NCBI GenBank assembly: GCA_965541615.1
Contig: CBEUCJ010000006.1
Span: 1 to 57,675 of the forward strand
Length of the DNA stretch: 57,675 nucleotides
Reading direction: 5' to 3'
Origin: an uncultured bacterium
GTDB lineage: Bacteria; Omnitrophota; Gorgyraeia; Duberdicusellales; CBEUCJ01
Program-made: the position numbers and the translations under genes
The notes under the pieces: model-generated
What the model saw: only the letters and a program-made list of their open reading frames with translations
What the model was told of the DNA's origin: nothing
Database searches by the model: none
Part shown: positions 32,605-42,739 of the stretch, one piece after another
How the letters are laid out: every line of letters starts with the position of its first letter
Numbering within the stretch: position 1 is the stretch's first letter

Positions 32605-33497
32605 TGCCATACACTTTGCATAAACCTGTAATGTTAAAAGAAGTAATAGAATTTTTTAATTTAAAAGAAAAAGATATTGTTTTAGATTGCACAATCGGTG
32701 TAGGAGGACACGCTTCTCAAATATTAAAAAAGATAAAAAAAGGATTACTAATCGGTATAGATAAAGATGCAGAGTCTTTAAAGATAGCTGAAGAGAATTT
32801 AAAAAAAATAGGAAGTAATTTTATATTATTTCATCAAGATTTTAGAAACTTAGATTTAGTTTTAAAAAAAGCAAAGGTAAAAAAAGTAGATAAAGTTTTA
32901 TTTGACTTAGGAATTTCAAGTTTTCAATTAGATAACCCTGAAAGAGGATTTAGTTTTTCAAAAGAAGGTCCTTTAGATATGAGAATGGATAGGACTTCTT
33001 TTGTTTGTGCAGCAGACCTTATAAATAACTTAACTTTTTTAGAACTCTTTAAAATAATAAAAGAGTTTGGAGAAGAAAAGTTCGCTAAAAAAATAGCTCA
33101 CCAGATAGTTCAAGAAAGAAGAAAGACACCTTTTAAAACTACATCTCAATTGAGAGAAGTAATAGAAAGAGCAGTCCCTTTTAATAGAAGGCAAAGAATC
33201 CATCCAGCTACTCGCACATTCCAAGCTTTGAGAATAGCTGTAAACAGAGAATTGGAATCTTTAGAATCTGCTTTAGATAAGATATTTTATTTTTTAAATC
33301 CTAAAGGAGTATGCATTGTGATTTCCTTCCATTCTTTAGAAGACAGGATAGTTAAGAAAAAATTTAAAGAATTTTATACAAAAGGAATGATAGAGATATT
33401 GACAAAGAAACCTTTAGTTCCTTCAAAACAAGAAATTGAGCAAAACTTTAGAGCAAGGTCTGCAAAGTTGAGAGCTGCTCAAAAAAATGAAGATTAA
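32604..33497 (+). CDS. rsmH: 16S rRNA (cytosine1402-N4)-methyltransferase RsmH (MraW)
   Basis: HKPVMLKEVIEFF, DCTIGVGGHA, FDLGISSFQLD and SFHSLEDRIVK. The ORF is open from 32523, but ATG 32604 (TAATG overlap with the mraZ stop) gives the canonical N-terminus. Confidence 0.92.
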   Translation: MPYTLHKPVMLKEVIEFFNLKEKDIVLDCTIGVGGHASQILKKIKKGLLIGIDKDAESLKIAEENLKKIGSNFILFHQDFRNLDLVLKKAKVKKVDKVLFDLGISSFQLDNPERGFSFSKEGPLDMRMDRTSFVCAADLINNLTFLELFKIIKEFGEEKFAKKIAHQIVQERRKTPFKTTSQLREVIERAVPFNRRQRIHPATRTFQALRIAVNRELESLESALDKIFYFLNPKGVCIVISFHSLEDRIVKKKFKEFYTKGMIEILTKKPLVPSKQEIEQNFRARSAKLRAAQKNED

Positions 33498-33810
33498 AAT
33501 TTTCTTTTATTTAAATTTAATCCTATTTTTATTAGCTTCTGTTTTTGTAAAAATACAGACTGAAATCACTAAATCTCTTTATAATATCAGCCAGAAAAGA
33601 AAGATAATTAAAGAGCTCTCAGAAGTTAAAAATATTTTATCTTATAATTTGACAGTTAAATCTTCTTTAGATGAAGAAGAATTAGATTTTAAAGATTTTA
33701 AATTTGCTAAGAACAAAGATGTTTTCGCTATAATTCCTAATAGAACAAGAAAGAAGCCTCAAGAGCTAAAGTTTTTTAATGTCATAGCTTCCGCTCAAGA
33801 AAAAAGATAA
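33487..33810 (+). CDS. ftsL: FtsL-like cell division protein
   Basis: 107 aa with a single N-terminal TM helix followed by a coiled-coil-like segment. Lies in the conserved position between rsmH and ftsI. Confidence 0.6.
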   Translation: MKIKIFFYLNLILFLLASVFVKIQTEITKSLYNISQKRKIIKELSEVKNILSYNLTVKSSLDEEELDFKDFKFAKNKDVFAIIPNRTRKKPQELKFFNVIASAQEKR

Positions 33811-33826
33811 ATTTTTTAATTCTTAA

Positions 33827-35491
33827 GTGAAAAAGAGAATCTCAAAAAATAGAGAAAAAATTTTAATAGTTTTTATATTTAGCAGTTTTTTAATTCTTTT
33901 TTTAAAATTAATTAAAATTCAACTAATAGAATCTGAACATTTTCTAAACCTCTCTTCAAAACAAAGTATAATTATCTTAAGGAGTAGAGGAAAAAGAGGA
34001 GATATTTTAGATACTCATCTTAAAGTATTAGCTACAGATATTTATGCATTTTCAGTATATATAGATCCTTTTTTAGTAAAAGATAAAGAAAAGACAGCTT
34101 TAATACTTTCAAAAAAACTTAATCTTCCTTATGAGAGTATATTAAAAAAAATAAAGTCAAAAAAAAGATTTGTATGGATAAAAAGAAAGATCCCTTTAGA
34201 AAAAAAAGAAGAGTTAGAAAAATTAAATATTAAAGGGTTAGGTTTTATAAAAGAGTATAAAAGAGTTTATCCTCAAAAAAAATTAGCTTCCCACATTGTA
34301 GGTTTTGTAAATATAGATGGAAAAGGTTTAGAAGGATTAGAACTTTTATATGATGATGTTTTAAAAGGAGAAGAAGGTGTATTTGAAATAATAAAGGATG
34401 CAAAAGGTAGATTCTTAGAGGTTAAAGAGAGGATAAAGAGAAGAAAAGGTAACACTTTAATCCTCAATATAGATTCTTTTATCCAAAAAGTAGTAGAAGA
34501 AGAACTCCATAAAACAGTAGAAAAATTCAAAGCAAAATCTGCAAGTTGTGTAGTAATAGAACCTTTTAGTGGCAGGATTTTAGCTTTAGCAAATGTTCCA
34601 GATTATGATCCTAATTTTCCTTCTAAATTTCCAAAAGAAAATTTAAGAAATAGATGTATTACTGATTTTTATGAACCAGGTTCTGTATTTAAAATAGTGA
34701 CAGCATCTTTAGCTTTAGAAAAAAATATATTTAAAGAAGATGATAAGATATTTTGCGAAAATGGAAGGTACAGAATATTTAATCATATCCTCCATGACCA
34801 TACACCCCATAATATTTTGAGTTTTGAAGGAGTAATAATTCAATCTTCAAATATAGGTGTTACAAAGATAGCTCAGAAAATAGGTCTAAAAGAAATTATA
34901 AGATTTGCTAAAAAATTTGGATTCGGAAAAAAAACAGGAATAGACCTTCCAGGAGAGACCACAGGTATTATTAAACCTATTAATAAGTATTCTAAAATAT
35001 CGATAGCTAGTTTTCCTATAGGACAAGAAGTATGTGTAACATGTCTTCAGATGGCAACTGCTTTCTGTGCTGTTGTGAATGGAGGTTTTTTGGTAAAGCC
35101 TTTTGTAGTTAAAAAAATTGTCTCTCCAGAAGGCGTAATAATAAAAGAGTTTAAACCCAAGATAATTAGAAGAGTTATATCTAAAAGTACTTCAGAAAGA
35201 ATGAAAAAGATACTGTATAAAGTAGTAAATGAAGGTACCGGCAAATTAGCAAAGATTTGTGGTTTAAAGATAGGAGGAAAGACAGGTACTGCTCAAAAGA
35301 TAGAGAACGGAAGATACTCTCACCGACTTTTTAGAGCTTCTTTTGTGGGATTTTTTCCATTAGAAAGACCAAAAGTAGTAATAAGTTTGGTATTCGATGA
35401 ACCAAAACTCTCTCACTATGGAGGCGTGGTAGCAGCTCCAACTTTTAAAAATATATTATTAAGAATAAAAGATTATCTTTTAAAGAGTTGA
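33827..35491 (+). CDS. ftsI: Penicillin-binding protein 3 / FtsI-type peptidoglycan D,D-transpeptidase
   Basis: TM anchor, PBP dimerisation region, and the SXXK (GSVFKIV), SXN (QSSNIG) and KTG (GGKTGTAQ) motifs. Confidence 0.9.
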   Translation: MKKRISKNREKILIVFIFSSFLILFLKLIKIQLIESEHFLNLSSKQSIIILRSRGKRGDILDTHLKVLATDIYAFSVYIDPFLVKDKEKTALILSKKLNLPYESILKKIKSKKRFVWIKRKIPLEKKEELEKLNIKGLGFIKEYKRVYPQKKLASHIVGFVNIDGKGLEGLELLYDDVLKGEEGVFEIIKDAKGRFLEVKERIKRRKGNTLILNIDSFIQKVVEEELHKTVEKFKAKSASCVVIEPFSGRILALANVPDYDPNFPSKFPKENLRNRCITDFYEPGSVFKIVTASLALEKNIFKEDDKIFCENGRYRIFNHILHDHTPHNILSFEGVIIQSSNIGVTKIAQKIGLKEIIRFAKKFGFGKKTGIDLPGETTGIIKPINKYSKISIASFPIGQEVCVTCLQMATAFCAVVNGGFLVKPFVVKKIVSPEGVIIKEFKPKIIRRVISKSTSERMKKILYKVVNEGTGKLAKICGLKIGGKTGTAQKIENGRYSHRLFRASFVGFFPLERPKVVISLVFDEPKLSHYGGVVAAPTFKNILLRIKDYLLKS

Positions 35492-36978
35492 GAGTAAAAG
35501 AATTAATAAAAAATTTAAAAAATTTAAAAATAAGTTGGGGAGGAAATTTAGATTTAAATTTTAAAAGAATAATTTTTAATTCCAAAAAAGTGCAAGAAGG
35601 TGATTTATTCTTTGCTTTAAAAGGTCTAAAGACAGATGGCCATAGATTTATAAAAGAAGCTTTTTTAAAAGGAGCCAAAATCTTTGTCTTAGAAGATAAG
35701 AAGTTTAAAAAATATATGAATTTTTTTGAAAAAAATAAAGAAAAAATATTCTGGATAACTACACCCGATACTCTTAAACTTTTTTCTTATGTAAATCTAT
35801 ATTTTTACAAAGTGGATCTCAAGAAATTTAAATTTATAGGGGTTACAGGTACTAATGGTAAGACTACAGTCTGTTTCTTAACAGAAAAAATATTAAAAGA
35901 AAACAGATTAAAAACATCAAGAATTAGTACTATCAATTGCAGCCTAAATTCAAAGATTTTAAAAAATTCTCTTACTACACCTTTAGCTTCAGAGCTATTT
36001 AAGATTTTAAAAAAATGTGAAAAAGAAAGTATAGAGTATGTAATTTTAGAAGCTTCATCTCAAGGATTAGAAGAAAAAAGATTAGAACCCTTAGAATTTA
36101 AAATAGCTGTTTTTACAAATCTATCTCAAGACCATTTAGATTATCACTTCACTTTAGAAAATTATTTTAAAGCAAAAAAAAGATTATTTGAGAAATTATC
36201 TTTAGAAGGCACAGCTTGTATAAATTTAGATGATTCTTATGGAAAAAGATTGTATAAAGCATTGAAAACAAAAAAGATAGGTTTTGGGATAAAGACAAAA
36301 AAAGATATCTATCTTAAAGAAAGGATTCTAAAGAGATTCTCCCAAGAGCTTAAGATCAAAATCCTAAAAGATACCTTCACCATAAAGACCAAACTTTTAG
36401 GTATCTATAATATTTATAATATTATGGCTTCATTGGGAGTAGCAGTTTCTTTAGGTTTGAGTTTAAAAAGGACTATAAAAGCCTTAAAAGAATTTTTGCC
36501 TCCTCCAGGAAGATTAGAATTTATAAATACTAAAAGAGTAAGCTTTGTTATAGACTATGCACACACACCATCAGCTTTAAAAGAAGTCTTGAATACTTTG
36601 AGAGAGTTAAAATTTAATAGAATAATTACTGTTTTTGGATGTGGAGGAGAAAGAGACGTATCTAAAAGACCTTTAATGGGAAAAATAGCTTCAAGTCTTT
36701 CAGATATAGTTATAATTACAGATGATAACCCACGCTCAGAATCGCCTCAAAAGATAATAAGAGATATATTAAAAGGAATAAAAAAATCTAATTTTAAAAT
36801 AATTAGGGATAGAAAAAAGGCGATTAAATATGCTATAGAGATTGCTGAACCCAGAGATTGTGTTTTAATCGCAGGTAAAGGTCATGAAAGTTATCAGATA
36901 TTTAAAGATAAAAAAATTTGGTTCAAAGATTCTTTTTATGTTAAAAAATTTTTAAATGTTAAAGATAAAAGTATCTGA
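35488..36978 (+). CDS. murE: UDP-N-acetylmuramoyl-L-alanyl-D-glutamate--2,6-diaminopimelate ligase
   Basis: GVTGTNGKTT P-loop. DDNPRSE (the DNPR motif associated with meso-DAP specificity). dcw position. Confidence 0.9.
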   Translation: MRVKELIKNLKNLKISWGGNLDLNFKRIIFNSKKVQEGDLFFALKGLKTDGHRFIKEAFLKGAKIFVLEDKKFKKYMNFFEKNKEKIFWITTPDTLKLFSYVNLYFYKVDLKKFKFIGVTGTNGKTTVCFLTEKILKENRLKTSRISTINCSLNSKILKNSLTTPLASELFKILKKCEKESIEYVILEASSQGLEEKRLEPLEFKIAVFTNLSQDHLDYHFTLENYFKAKKRLFEKLSLEGTACINLDDSYGKRLYKALKTKKIGFGIKTKKDIYLKERILKRFSQELKIKILKDTFTIKTKLLGIYNIYNIMASLGVAVSLGLSLKRTIKALKEFLPPPGRLEFINTKRVSFVIDYAHTPSALKEVLNTLRELKFNRIITVFGCGGERDVSKRPLMGKIASSLSDIVIITDDNPRSESPQKIIRDILKGIKKSNFKIIRDRKKAIKYAIEIAEPRDCVLIAGKGHESYQIFKDKKIWFKDSFYVKKFLNVKDKSI

Positions 36979-38302
36979 GATTCCTCAAAATATTTATAAA
37001 AAAATCTTTTTTAGAAAAGATTTTTATATAAAGAGTATCAGTATTGATTCAAGGACGATAAAAAAAGGAGAAGTCTTTGTAGCCTTAAAGGGAGAAAGAT
37101 TTGATGGGCACCATTTTATAAAAGAAGCTTTAAAAAAAGGAGCTTCTTTAATCGTCTGTGAAGAGGATTTTTATAAAAAAAATAAAGAGAGTTTTAAAGA
37201 TTTTAATTACCTAATCTGTAAATCTACATTAAAATTTTTAACAGATTTTGCTCATTTTATAAGGAAAAAGCATGATAAAGTAAAAGTGATAGGTATAACA
37301 GGGAGTTGTGGCAAAACTACTACAAAAGAGATTATAGGAACTATCTTGAGTAAAAAGTTTAATACAGTATTTAGTAAAGATAGTTATAATAATTTTATTG
37401 GATTGCCTTTAACTGTGTTTAGACTTACTCCTTTTACAGAGTATTTGGTATTGGAAATCGGCACAAATAAAAAAGGTGAAGTTTATAAACTTAGTAAACT
37501 AGCTCTGCCAGATTTTTCTTTAATTACTAATATCGGTCCTTCGCACTTAGAATTTTTTAAGACTATAAAAAATGTTTATTTGGAGAAGATAAAAATTTTA
37601 AGATTTACCAAAGAAAAAGTTTTTTTAAATAATGATGATAAGTTTTTAAGAAACGTAAATTTTAAAAAAAAGACTACATTTGCTTTAAAAAACAAAGCTG
37701 ATTTTGAAGCTATCATTAAAGAAAAGACAGATCATTATATAAAATTTTATGTGCCTCAATTAAAAGAGACCTTTACAATAAAATCAGCATTTTTGCATAA
37801 TGTGTATAATAGTTTAGCAGGTATAAGTTTGTTGGTAAGTTTAGGTTTAGAAGTGGGTTTTATTAAAAAGAAATTAAAAGAATTTACTTTTCCTAAAATG
37901 AGAGTTGAGTTAATAAATAAAAATGGGATTTTGATTATAAATGATGCTTACAATTCAAATCCTTTGTCTTTAAGTTCAGTTTTAAAGGATTTAGATTCTT
38001 TCAAAAACAAAAGAAAAATATTAGTGTTAGCAGATATGTTAGAGTTAGGTAAAAAAGCTAAATACTATCACTATAAAATAGCTGAATTATTAAAAAAATG
38101 TGATTTTGAATATTTATTATGTTGGGGAAGATACTCAAAATTTCTTTTTGACAGGATAAAAGATTTTAAAAAAAATTGCGAATACTTTGAAGAAAAATCT
38201 AAAATGATTAAAAAATTAAAGAAAATATTAAGAAAAGGAGATTTATTACTCATAAAAGGTTCAAGAAGAACAAGATTAGAAGAAATTTTAGAAAAAATTT
38301 AA
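36956..38302 (+). CDS. murF: UDP-N-acetylmuramoyl-tripeptide--D-alanyl-D-alanine ligase
   Basis: IDSRTIKKGEVFVALKGERFDGHHF, GITGSCGKTTTKE, and dcw position. Confidence 0.88.
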   Translation: MLKIKVSEIPQNIYKKIFFRKDFYIKSISIDSRTIKKGEVFVALKGERFDGHHFIKEALKKGASLIVCEEDFYKKNKESFKDFNYLICKSTLKFLTDFAHFIRKKHDKVKVIGITGSCGKTTTKEIIGTILSKKFNTVFSKDSYNNFIGLPLTVFRLTPFTEYLVLEIGTNKKGEVYKLSKLALPDFSLITNIGPSHLEFFKTIKNVYLEKIKILRFTKEKVFLNNDDKFLRNVNFKKKTTFALKNKADFEAIIKEKTDHYIKFYVPQLKETFTIKSAFLHNVYNSLAGISLLVSLGLEVGFIKKKLKEFTFPKMRVELINKNGILIINDAYNSNPLSLSSVLKDLDSFKNKRKILVLADMLELGKKAKYYHYKIAELLKKCDFEYLLCWGRYSKFLFDRIKDFKKNCEYFEEKSKMIKKLKKILRKGDLLLIKGSRRTRLEEILEKI

Positions 38303-38303
38303 A

Positions 38304-39392
38304 ATGTTTTATCATCTTTTATACCCTTTAAAAAATATTTTTTTTGGATTCAATCTCTTTAAATACATTACTTTTAGGAGTGCAGGGAGTGCTTTAACAT
38401 CCTTTTTAATAGTTATTCTATTCGGTAATTACTTTATAAAAAAATTAGAATCTTTAAGATTCACTGAGAAGATAAAATTTAAAGATGCTCCTATTTTAGA
38501 GAATCTACACTCTCAAAAAGAAGGGACACCTACAGCAGGTGGAATTTTAGTTATTTTTGCTGTACTTTTTTCTGTAATTCTGTGGGCAAGATTAGATAAT
38601 GTATTTATTTGGCTTACTCTTTTTGTAATGGTAAGTTTGGGTTTGGTAGGTTTAAAAGATGATATTGTAAAGATAAGAAAGACTCAAAGAAGAGGGATCA
38701 GTAAAAGTGAGAAATTGATTCTGCAAGGATTAGTTGGTTTAATAATAGGAATATACATTTACTTTTCAAAAAATTTAGATACTTATTTAGATATTCCATT
38801 TATTAAGCATAAGATCGTTGACTTAGGGATCTTTTATATCTTTTTCTCTATACTGGTAATTACAGCTAGTTCCAATGCTGTTAATCTCACAGATGGCTTA
38901 GATGGTTTAGCTTGTGGAAGTTTAATATTCGTTACTCTTACATATGCTATTTTGAGTTATCTTGCAGGTCATTTTGTATTCGCTAAATATCTTTTCATTC
39001 CTTTTATAAAAGGAGCAGGAGAGTTAACTGTTTTTTGTGCGAGTTTGGGAGGAGCTTTATTGGGTTTTCTGTGGTTTAATTGTTTTCCTGCTCAGGTTTT
39101 CTTGGGGGATACAGGTTCCTTGAGTATAGGAGGAAGTTTGGGGTGTGTGAGTTTGTTTATAAAAAAAGAATTGCTTTTAATAATAGCAGGAGGCATTTTT
39201 GTTATTGAGACCTTATCTGTAATACTGCAGATATTTTCTTTTAAAATATTTAAGAAACGCATATTTAAGATAGCACCTTTACACCATCATTTTCAAGCTT
39301 TAGGATATCCTGAAGCAAAGATTACAATTAGATTTTGGATAGTCTCAGTGATTTTAATGATTTTAGCTCTTTCTACTTTGAAGATAAGATGA
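38304..39392 (+). CDS. mraY: Phospho-N-acetylmuramoyl-pentapeptide transferase
   Basis: Ten-TM-type protein with NAVNLTDGLDGLA, FLGDTGSLSIGG and APLHHHF motifs. Confidence 0.93.
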   Translation: MFYHLLYPLKNIFFGFNLFKYITFRSAGSALTSFLIVILFGNYFIKKLESLRFTEKIKFKDAPILENLHSQKEGTPTAGGILVIFAVLFSVILWARLDNVFIWLTLFVMVSLGLVGLKDDIVKIRKTQRRGISKSEKLILQGLVGLIIGIYIYFSKNLDTYLDIPFIKHKIVDLGIFYIFFSILVITASSNAVNLTDGLDGLACGSLIFVTLTYAILSYLAGHFVFAKYLFIPFIKGAGELTVFCASLGGALLGFLWFNCFPAQVFLGDTGSLSIGGSLGCVSLFIKKELLLIIAGGIFVIETLSVILQIFSFKIFKKRIFKIAPLHHHFQALGYPEAKITIRFWIVSVILMILALSTLKIR

Positions 39393-40648
39393 GACTTAAA
39401 TTTAAAAAAGTGACAGTCGTTGGAAGTAAAGTAAGTGCAGAAGGAGCAGTTAGACTCCTTAAAAGAATAGGAGCAAAAATAAAACTTACTACTCTTTCAG
39501 ATTTAGAAAAATCTCCTCCAGAATTCTTAAAACTGGTAGATGAGTATGAATGTAAAACTCATTCAGAAGAGTTTATAAAAGGTCAAGACTTAATAGTAAC
39601 TTCACCAGGTGTTCCTAAAAGTTCTCCTGTATTTAAATGGGCAAAAAAATACAATGTAAGAGTAATCAGTGAGATAGAATTAGCTTACAATTTTTGTGAT
39701 TCATTTATAATAGGTGTTACAGGTACAAATGGAAAGACCACGACTACTTATCTTTTAGAAAAGGTTCTAAGAAAGTTTGGTTTTAAAGCTGTAAGTTGTG
39801 GAAATATCGGTAGGAGTTTTTCTTCAGTAGTAATAGATGAAAAACCTCAAATAATATGTTTAGAACTTAGTTCTTTTCAATTGGAAAACATAATAAATTT
39901 TAGACCAAATATAGGAGTAATACTTAATATTACTCCTGACCATTTAGACAGATACAAAAGTTTTAAAGAATATGTAAAAGCAAAATTTAATATTTTTAAA
40001 AATCAAAAGAAAACAGACTTTTCTCTTTTAAATTTTGATTATGAGTTTTTAATAAAAAAATCCAAAAGTTTAAAATCTAGAGTAATCTTTTTTAAAGCTT
40101 CAGATAAAATCAATGAAGATTTTGTAGCTATTTTAAGTATCTGTTTTATTTTAGGTATAGATGAAAAAAAAGCCTTAGATTATTTAAAGACCCTTAAATT
40201 ACCTCCTCATAGAACCGAATTTGTAAAAAGAATACAAGGCATAGATTTTTATAATGATTCTAAAGCTACAAATATTCATTCTACTCTTTTTTCTTTAAAG
40301 AATTTAAGAAGGAAAGTAATATTGTTAGCAGGCGGAGAAGATAAAAATCAAGATTTTAATATTTTGAAAGATAATGAAATTTTTAAGGAATATGTAAAAA
40401 AGATAGTAGTCTTTGGTAAAGCTAAATCAAAACTCAAAGATTGCTTAAAAGGATTTAAAGATATTTTTTGTGCACAAGATCTAAAAGAAGCAGTTTTAGT
40501 AGCCTTTGAAATAGCTAAAAAAAATAAGATTAATTGTGTGTTGTTATCTCCTATGTGTGCATCTTTTGATAGTTTTAAGAATTTTGAGGAAAGAGGTGAT
40601 TTCTTTAAAAAAATAGTAAAGGATTTAGAATGCAAAAAAAAGTTTTGA
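39389..40648 (+). CDS. murD: UDP-N-acetylmuramoylalanine--D-glutamate ligase
   Basis: The ORF is open from 39335. ATG 39389 (ATGA overlap with the mraY stop) is preferred. GVTGTNGKTTTT P-loop, NITPDHLDR, and dcw position. Confidence 0.88.
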   Translation: MRLKFKKVTVVGSKVSAEGAVRLLKRIGAKIKLTTLSDLEKSPPEFLKLVDEYECKTHSEEFIKGQDLIVTSPGVPKSSPVFKWAKKYNVRVISEIELAYNFCDSFIIGVTGTNGKTTTTYLLEKVLRKFGFKAVSCGNIGRSFSSVVIDEKPQIICLELSSFQLENIINFRPNIGVILNITPDHLDRYKSFKEYVKAKFNIFKNQKKTDFSLLNFDYEFLIKKSKSLKSRVIFFKASDKINEDFVAILSICFILGIDEKKALDYLKTLKLPPHRTEFVKRIQGIDFYNDSKATNIHSTLFSLKNLRRKVILLAGGEDKNQDFNILKDNEIFKEYVKKIVVFGKAKSKLKDCLKGFKDIFCAQDLKEAVLVAFEIAKKNKINCVLLSPMCASFDSFKNFEERGDFFKKIVKDLECKKKF

Positions 40649-41715
40649 GAGTAAAAATAATCTTAATAGCTTTTACCCTCATACTTTTAGGGATAATTAT
40701 GGTTTATAGTACTACTTCTATAAGCAGTTGGCAGATAAAAGGTGATAGTGAGTTTTATTTTAAAAGACAACTATTATATTTTTTTATAGGATTTATATTA
40801 TCTGGTTTTGCACTTTTATTGGATTTAGATTTTTTAAGAAGATATAGCAAAGTTCTTATTTTAATAGGATTAGTTAGTCTAATCTGTGTATTTTTGCCTC
40901 ATATAGGCAGACAAGCAGGAGGAGCTAAAAGATGGTTAAGTCTTAAAGGATTTAACATTCAACCTTCTGAATTCTGTAAATTATTTCTTATTCTATATTA
41001 TGCAGATTATCTTTGCAGGAAAAAAAATAAAATCAAAGATTTTAAAGAAGGAATATTAGCTCCTCTTTTAATTACAGCTCTATATTCTTTTTTAATAATC
41101 TTAGAACCTGATTTTGGTCAGGCTATCTTTGTATTTTTAATTTTTTTATTTATGTTCTATATAGGAAGAGCAAAGTTTAAGCATTTATTGTTTATAGTCT
41201 TGGTAGGATTAATATTTTTTCTAATCTTTAGCTTTTCTTCACAATACAGAGCAAAAAGATTGTTAGTTTTTTTAAATCCTTGGAAAGACCCTAAAGGTGC
41301 AGGCTACCAACTTGTGCAAGCACATTTGGCTTTAGGAAGAGGAGGTTTATTAGGAAAAGGTTTGGGTAAAAGCATTCATAAGTTGTATTATCTGCCAGCA
41401 GCTCACACAGATTTTATATTTGCTATCATAGGAGAAGAATTAGGATTCTTAGGGTGTTTTTCTGTGATTTTTTTATACTTACTTTTTTTCTTTTATTCTT
41501 TAAAATTGATTAAATTTATCAAAGATGAATTTTCTTATTATTTAGCATGGGGATGTGTTTTAAATTTAATCCTGCAAGCTCAAATAAATATGGGAGTAGT
41601 TTTAGGGGTTTTACCTACAAAGGGTTTGCCTTTACCTTTTGTAAGTTATGGAGGGTCTTCTTTAATCTGTAGTATGCTAAGTTTAGGTTTATTTCTAAAT
41701 GCCTCAAAAAATTAA
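40630..41715 (+). CDS. ftsW: SEDS-family peptidoglycan glycosyltransferase FtsW
   Basis: Multi-TM FtsW/RodA family (QPSEFCKL, LEPDFGQA, AHTDFIFAIIGEELGF, LPFVSYGGSS). dcw position. Confidence 0.9.
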   Translation: MQKKVLRVKIILIAFTLILLGIIMVYSTTSISSWQIKGDSEFYFKRQLLYFFIGFILSGFALLLDLDFLRRYSKVLILIGLVSLICVFLPHIGRQAGGAKRWLSLKGFNIQPSEFCKLFLILYYADYLCRKKNKIKDFKEGILAPLLITALYSFLIILEPDFGQAIFVFLIFLFMFYIGRAKFKHLLFIVLVGLIFFLIFSFSSQYRAKRLLVFLNPWKDPKGAGYQLVQAHLALGRGGLLGKGLGKSIHKLYYLPAAHTDFIFAIIGEELGFLGCFSVIFLYLLFFFYSLKLIKFIKDEFSYYLAWGCVLNLILQAQINMGVVLGVLPTKGLPLPFVSYGGSSLICSMLSLGLFLNASKN

Positions 41716-42739
41716 AAAAATTGTATTCTGTGCAGCAGGCACAGGCGGACATTTTTTCCCTGCCTTTAATTATGCAAACTTGCTTAAAAAAAAATATTCT
41801 GTTGTATTCATAATTAACAGAGAGGAATTTAAGAAAATTTTAATAAAAGAGGGCATTAAATTTTATACTATAAAAATTAAATATTTCAGATTATTCCCAC
41901 TAAAAGATTTTCTAAAAACATTGTTATTATTTTTGTTTAATTTCTGGGAGTCTTTAATAATACTTTTAAAAGAAAGACCAAGTTTTGTATTCTGCTTTGG
42001 AAATTTTTCTTCTTTTTGGATAGGGATCTTAAGTAAAGTTTTTTTAAAAAGATTAATAATCCATGAGCAAAATGTTAACTATGGAAAGGTAAATAAAATT
42101 TTAGGTTTTTTTGCAGATAAAATTTGTGTTCAAAAATGGACTAAGAGTATCTTTAAAAATAAAGAGGTTTTTTTACCTTTAATTTTAAGAAAGTCTCCTA
42201 AAGATTTATATAAAAAAGAATTTGTAGTCCTCTTTTTTGGAGGCTCACAAGGTTCCAGAATTATAAACAATTTATTCTTAAAAATCTATAAAGATTTATT
42301 AAAATTTAATATGAAATTGATTTTAATAACTGGTAAGGATAATTTTGAGATGGTCTCTAAAAAAATAGAGCTTTGTGATAATTTAGAGATATATGATTTT
42401 TTTGAAGAGATGCATAAGATTTATTCTAAAACCAAAGTCTGTGTGATGAGAGCAGGTATAATGAGTATATTTGAGGTATTAAGTTTTAAAATATATCCTC
42501 TGCTTTTACCTCATTATTTAGCTCAACTTCACCAAGTTAAAAATGCTTTATACTTTCATAAGATAGGATTGGCTTATCTTTGTAAAGAAGACCCTACAGA
42601 AATTAAAAAAAGAATACTCTCTATTTATAAGGATAAGACATCTTTAGAAAAGTTTAGAAAGAAGGTAGATGATTTTTTAAGTGAATACAACAAAGAAGTC
42701 TTTCTAAAAAATTTTGAATTAATTACTAAAGAATGTTGA
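41699..42739 (+). CDS. murG: Undecaprenyldiphospho-muramoylpentapeptide beta-N-acetylglucosaminyltransferase
   Basis: N-terminal AAGTGGHFFPA G-loop, GGSQGS, and dcw position. Otherwise rather divergent. Confidence 0.78.
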   Translation: MPQKIKKIVFCAAGTGGHFFPAFNYANLLKKKYSVVFIINREEFKKILIKEGIKFYTIKIKYFRLFPLKDFLKTLLLFLFNFWESLIILLKERPSFVFCFGNFSSFWIGILSKVFLKRLIIHEQNVNYGKVNKILGFFADKICVQKWTKSIFKNKEVFLPLILRKSPKDLYKKEFVVLFFGGSQGSRIINNLFLKIYKDLLKFNMKLILITGKDNFEMVSKKIELCDNLEIYDFFEEMHKIYSKTKVCVMRAGIMSIFEVLSFKIYPLLLPHYLAQLHQVKNALYFHKIGLAYLCKEDPTEIKKRILSIYKDKTSLEKFRKKVDDFLSEYNKEVFLKNFELITKEC